Assembly (NCBI GenBank): GCA_027487835.1
Contig: JAIYCU010000013.1
Coordinates: 22,856-86,855, forward strand
Source of the DNA: Bacteroidota bacterium
GTDB lineage: Bacteria > Bacteroidota > Bacteroidia > UKL13-3
Length of the DNA: 64,000 nucleotides
Reading direction: 5' to 3'
In this document: in pieces, positions 60,809-64,000 of the stretch
Layout: the number at the start of each line of letters is the position of its first letter
Position numbering within the stretch: position 1 is the first letter of the stretch
The notes under the pieces: generated by a model
What the model was told of the DNA's origin: nothing
The model's database searches: none
The model's input: only the letters and a program-made list of their open reading frames with translations
Made by a program: the position numbers and the translations under genes

Positions 60809-62040
60809 ACAAAGTCTTCAGGAAAATTTACGACCTAAGCCTTCCTGCCCTGCCAGAAAGCGATGTTGATTTGCTGAGAAAGCATAAACTATTCATAAAC
60901 ACCTGCCTTTTTACCTCCATTTTTGGCGCAGGGTATGGTGTAATGAGCTACTTTATTGGGTTTAGCACAGGGGTATGGACAATGGCCGTAAGTGTTGCAT
61001 TTTTTGTTTCCTGCATTTGCCTGCTTCGTTTTATAAACATTAAAGTGTTGGGCTTTGTGGTAGGCATTTATACCATATGGCTAAATGCGGTATTGGTGTA
61101 TTATTCTGGAGGATTATTTACCTCTCCAACTTCACCTTGGATAACCCTAACCACCCCAATTGTATTATTGTTAACGAATAGAAAAACAGCCTATGTCATA
61201 TTAGCCATTTGTGTAGCCTTTGTAATTGGGTATACTTTGGTAATTAGCAGTGGCTATGTTTTTCCTTTTACCTATGACAAAGAACAGTATCACTTACCTT
61301 TTTTAACCTTATCCTTTGGTGGTTTGGTGGTGATTTTCTTTTTGATCACAAACGCCTTTGAAAGCTTAAAACAGCAGGCCTTAGACAGTTTGATGCTAAA
61401 GCAAGCAGAACTAGAAGCTGAGCAAAAACGCTCGCAAGACTTGCTATTAAATATGTTGCCAGCAGATATTGCCGAAGAGTTAAAAGTTACGGGTGGAGCC
61501 ATTGCCAAACAATACAAAAATGTATCTGTCCTGTTTACCGATTTTGTGAATTTTACGGGCATCAGCGAAAGCTTAACACCAACTGAATTGGTAGAAGAAA
61601 TCCATCAAAACTTTACCGCCTTTGATGCCATCATGGAAAAGCATGGCATAGAGAAAATTAAGACCATTGGCGATGCCTATTTAGCGGTGTGTGGCTTGCC
61701 CAATGAAGTTGCTGATCATGCGCAGCGCATCACCAAAGCAGCCTTAGAAATTCAAGCATTCATGCTCACAAATGGTGGTAAATTTCAAGTAAGAATTGGC
61801 ATACATTCTGGCCAGGTAGTGGCTGGCATCGTAGGGGTAAAAAAGTTTGCCTATGATATTTGGGGCGATACCGTAAACATGGCAAACCGCATGGAATCTA
61901 ATAGCGAACCAGGAAAAATAAATATTAGTCAGGCTACTTATGAACTAATCAAAGAGGAGTTTGCGTGTGAGCATAGAGGAAAGATTAATGCCAAAGGGAA
62001 AGGGGAGATTGATATGTGGTTTGTGAATAGAAAATTGTAA
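60805..62040 (+). CDS. membrane-bound class III adenylate/guanylate cyclase
   Basis: About 6 TM helices, LLLNMLP, FTDFVNFT, EKIKTIGDAY, YDIWGDTVNMANRMES; K/D residues suggest ATP specificity. Confidence 0.92.
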   Translation: MNKVFRKIYDLSLPALPESDVDLLRKHKLFINTCLFTSIFGAGYGVMSYFIGFSTGVWTMAVSVAFFVSCICLLRFINIKVLGFVVGIYTIWLNAVLVYYSGGLFTSPTSPWITLTTPIVLLLTNRKTAYVILAICVAFVIGYTLVISSGYVFPFTYDKEQYHLPFLTLSFGGLVVIFFLITNAFESLKQQALDSLMLKQAELEAEQKRSQDLLLNMLPADIAEELKVTGGAIAKQYKNVSVLFTDFVNFTGISESLTPTELVEEIHQNFTAFDAIMEKHGIEKIKTIGDAYLAVCGLPNEVADHAQRITKAALEIQAFMLTNGGKFQVRIGIHSGQVVAGIVGVKKFAYDIWGDTVNMANRMESNSEPGKINISQATYELIKEEFACEHRGKINAKGKGEIDMWFVNRKL

Positions 62041-62134
62041 ACTCACACTTATCTTCATTGGGGTACCTTCTTTATTTATCCTATTGTGAAGATATAATTC
62101 TAAATTATTAAATTGTATCAGATTTACCTTTGAA

Positions 62135-63154
62135 ATGAAAAACGAACTTTTATTACTTTGTCTAACAATTTTCTCCTTCATTAATATAAAGGCCCAGAAC
62201 AATTGTAACAATTATATGGATCAAGCCAAATCCTTCTATCAAGTCGGAAAATTTGATCAAGTTATAAATACTATAAAAACATGCTCAAACACTGAATCCG
62301 ACCCTGTGAATCAATGGCAATCTTCACGTCTTTTAGCTCAAGCTTATTTAGGTCTTAATGATTCAAAAAATGCAAAATCCGCTGCAGAAGATATGTTGGA
62401 AAAGAACCCATTGTACAAAACCAGCTTGATTGAAGACAGCAAGGAGTTTGTGGCTTTAATCAATTCAGTTTCCGTAGTTCCGCGTTTTTCGCTTAGCCTC
62501 TCTGCAGCTGCCGGGGTAAATATTAGTTATCCGAATGTGATTAACAGTTACGGAATTACTGCTAATAAAAAATACTATGAGAAAGGCAAAGCTAAACAAT
62601 TCGGACTCTATACCGGATATAGCTTTTCCAAGAGATTAAGTGCCCATACAGGTGTAATCTATGCCGAAAATAATTATTCTTTAATCTATGCTGTTCAAAA
62701 TTTGAATTTTAAGTACAATGAAACTTTAAACTATCTCCAGGTGCCATTGTTTGCGAGGTTTCAAATAAAACCTAAAGGAAACTTTAAAGTTTTTGCTCAG
62801 GCTGGCGGCATAGCCGGTTTTTTAACAAAAGCAATATATGATATGGAAAAAACATCCTCCTCCATGGAAGTTACCAAGCTAAAAAGTTTCGATGTAACCG
62901 ACAGTAGAACGAAAGCAATTTACGGAGCTATCATGGGGATTGGTGCCAGTTATAAATTGAAAGAAGGCCATGTGTTTGGAGAAATTAATTATCAATATTC
63001 TTTTACAAATATTAACAAGGAGAACACACGCTTAAACAATGACAATTTGGTTAATAATTATTTCTATATTGATGATGATTTGCGGTTGAATAACCTCATT
63101 TTCTCCATAGGTTATACTTTTTATCTTAGTTATTTTGTTCAACGCGGTAAATAG
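62135..63154 (+). CDS. TPR-like N-terminus + outer-membrane beta-barrel (porin family) protein
   Basis: Signal peptide, helical N-domain, YLQVPL and alternating beta strands ending in SIGYTF. Confidence 0.7.
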   Translation: MKNELLLLCLTIFSFINIKAQNNCNNYMDQAKSFYQVGKFDQVINTIKTCSNTESDPVNQWQSSRLLAQAYLGLNDSKNAKSAAEDMLEKNPLYKTSLIEDSKEFVALINSVSVVPRFSLSLSAAAGVNISYPNVINSYGITANKKYYEKGKAKQFGLYTGYSFSKRLSAHTGVIYAENNYSLIYAVQNLNFKYNETLNYLQVPLFARFQIKPKGNFKVFAQAGGIAGFLTKAIYDMEKTSSSMEVTKLKSFDVTDSRTKAIYGAIMGIGASYKLKEGHVFGEINYQYSFTNINKENTRLNNDNLVNNYFYIDDDLRLNNLIFSIGYTFYLSYFVQRGK

Positions 63155-63162
63155 AACATTTG

Positions 63163-64000
63163 ATGAAAACTAAAATTCTCACAATTTTTGTAATTTACCT
63201 TCTCATTTTTTCAAAAGGATGGGCGCAGACTGCTGATAAAACGGCTTGCATAAATAATCTAACAGCTGCAAACACCCTTTATGAGAAAGCTCAATTTGCT
63301 GAAGCTATTTCTCTTTTGGAGCCCTGCATACAATCCGGTCAAATGAAAAAAAACGAAGCTGATGCCTACCGTATTTTAGGCTTATGTTATCTTCAAATGA
63401 ATAATGAAGCGAAAACAAACGACGCTATTGCTCACCTGTTAAAGGCTAATAACAATTACCAACAATTCCCATTCAATGATCCAAAAGAATTTACCAAAAT
63501 TGTAAATTCATTTACCGTTCAATCAAAACTTACCCTTGGCATAAAAACAGGATTCAACTTCAGTTTTCCCAATATCACTCAAGCATACAGTATTAAACCA
63601 GCCACCCTCGAAACTCAAAGTGGAAGAGGCCAGTTTCTTGGAATAACTGGAGATTATTTTTTTAAGCAGAAAACTTTTGGTATCAATGCTTGGACTGCGG
63701 CAAGCACCTTGGTGTTTACCGAAAATGTTATTTTTAATGATATTGAAAAAATTAACTTCAAAGAGGAATTGAAATATGTAGATATAGGTTTAGAATTCAA
63801 GTATTTTCCAATGAAAAAGGCAAGAATACAGCCATACCTCGGACTTGGAGTTAATATGTTAATCCTCAGAAGCGCCATATCCAATGTTGTTTATACCAAT
63901 AGTTACCTCGGCACCAAAAATGAAAGTAGTCGAGATATGGAGGTAGAGGGCTTTGTTAGTTCAATAGTTTATAATGGCATTGTAGATTTTGGAATCAATG
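63163..64000 (+). CDS. paralogous TPR-like + beta-barrel protein (runs off window end)
   Basis: Not in ORF track. ATG 63163 reads MKTKILTIFVIYLLIFSKGWAQ...AYRILGLCYL...LGIKTGFNFSFP, the same layout as the upstream gene. Confidence 0.7.
   Translation, partial: MKTKILTIFVIYLLIFSKGWAQTADKTACINNLTAANTLYEKAQFAEAISLLEPCIQSGQMKKNEADAYRILGLCYLQMNNEAKTNDAIAHLLKANNNYQQFPFNDPKEFTKIVNSFTVQSKLTLGIKTGFNFSFPNITQAYSIKPATLETQSGRGQFLGITGDYFFKQKTFGINAWTAASTLVFTENVIFNDIEKINFKEELKYVDIGLEFKYFPMKKARIQPYLGLGVNMLILRSAISNVVYTNSYLGTKNESSRDMEVEGFVSSIVYNGIVDFGIN

Overview
Bacteroidota-like chromosomal window (T9SS C-terminal sorting domains, TAnnTTTG promoter motifs). 1-26.3 kb is core or semi-core: partial glmM, an outer-membrane protein, ligA, a TPR/MORN + two DUF3857/transglutaminase + TPR operon, a convergent phosphate-scavenging locus (choice-of-anchor-I protein; PhoX + di-heme peroxidase + cytochrome c) and mnmE. 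An AT-richer ~29-30 kb defence island starts at the mnmE stop codon and has three parts. (i) 26.4-36.7 kb: an integrase-less, integron-like cassette array. Single genes, mostly nucleases, are bounded by complementary GTTRRRY/RYYYAAC ends and attC-like hairpins, and are interleaved with repeated ~115-bp modules carrying a palindrome, a -7 promoter motif and an attI-like GTT end. (ii) 38-54 kb: a WYL regulator, then an N6-methyltransferase/TRD/histidine-kinase fusion with a coupled receiver-domain protein, then a type I RM operon with nested DUF6998-like, GIY-YIG and Menshen-like genes. (iii) 54-56.6 kb: a PD-(D/E)XK gene, a strictly 22-bp-periodic tandem array, a small helical protein and inverted heptamer arrays. 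The right end holds an OmpA protein, an FAD oxidoreductase/PaxB-like cyclase/adenylate cyclase operon and two TPR-beta-barrel paralogs. All family calls come from motif recognition by eye; no searches were run.
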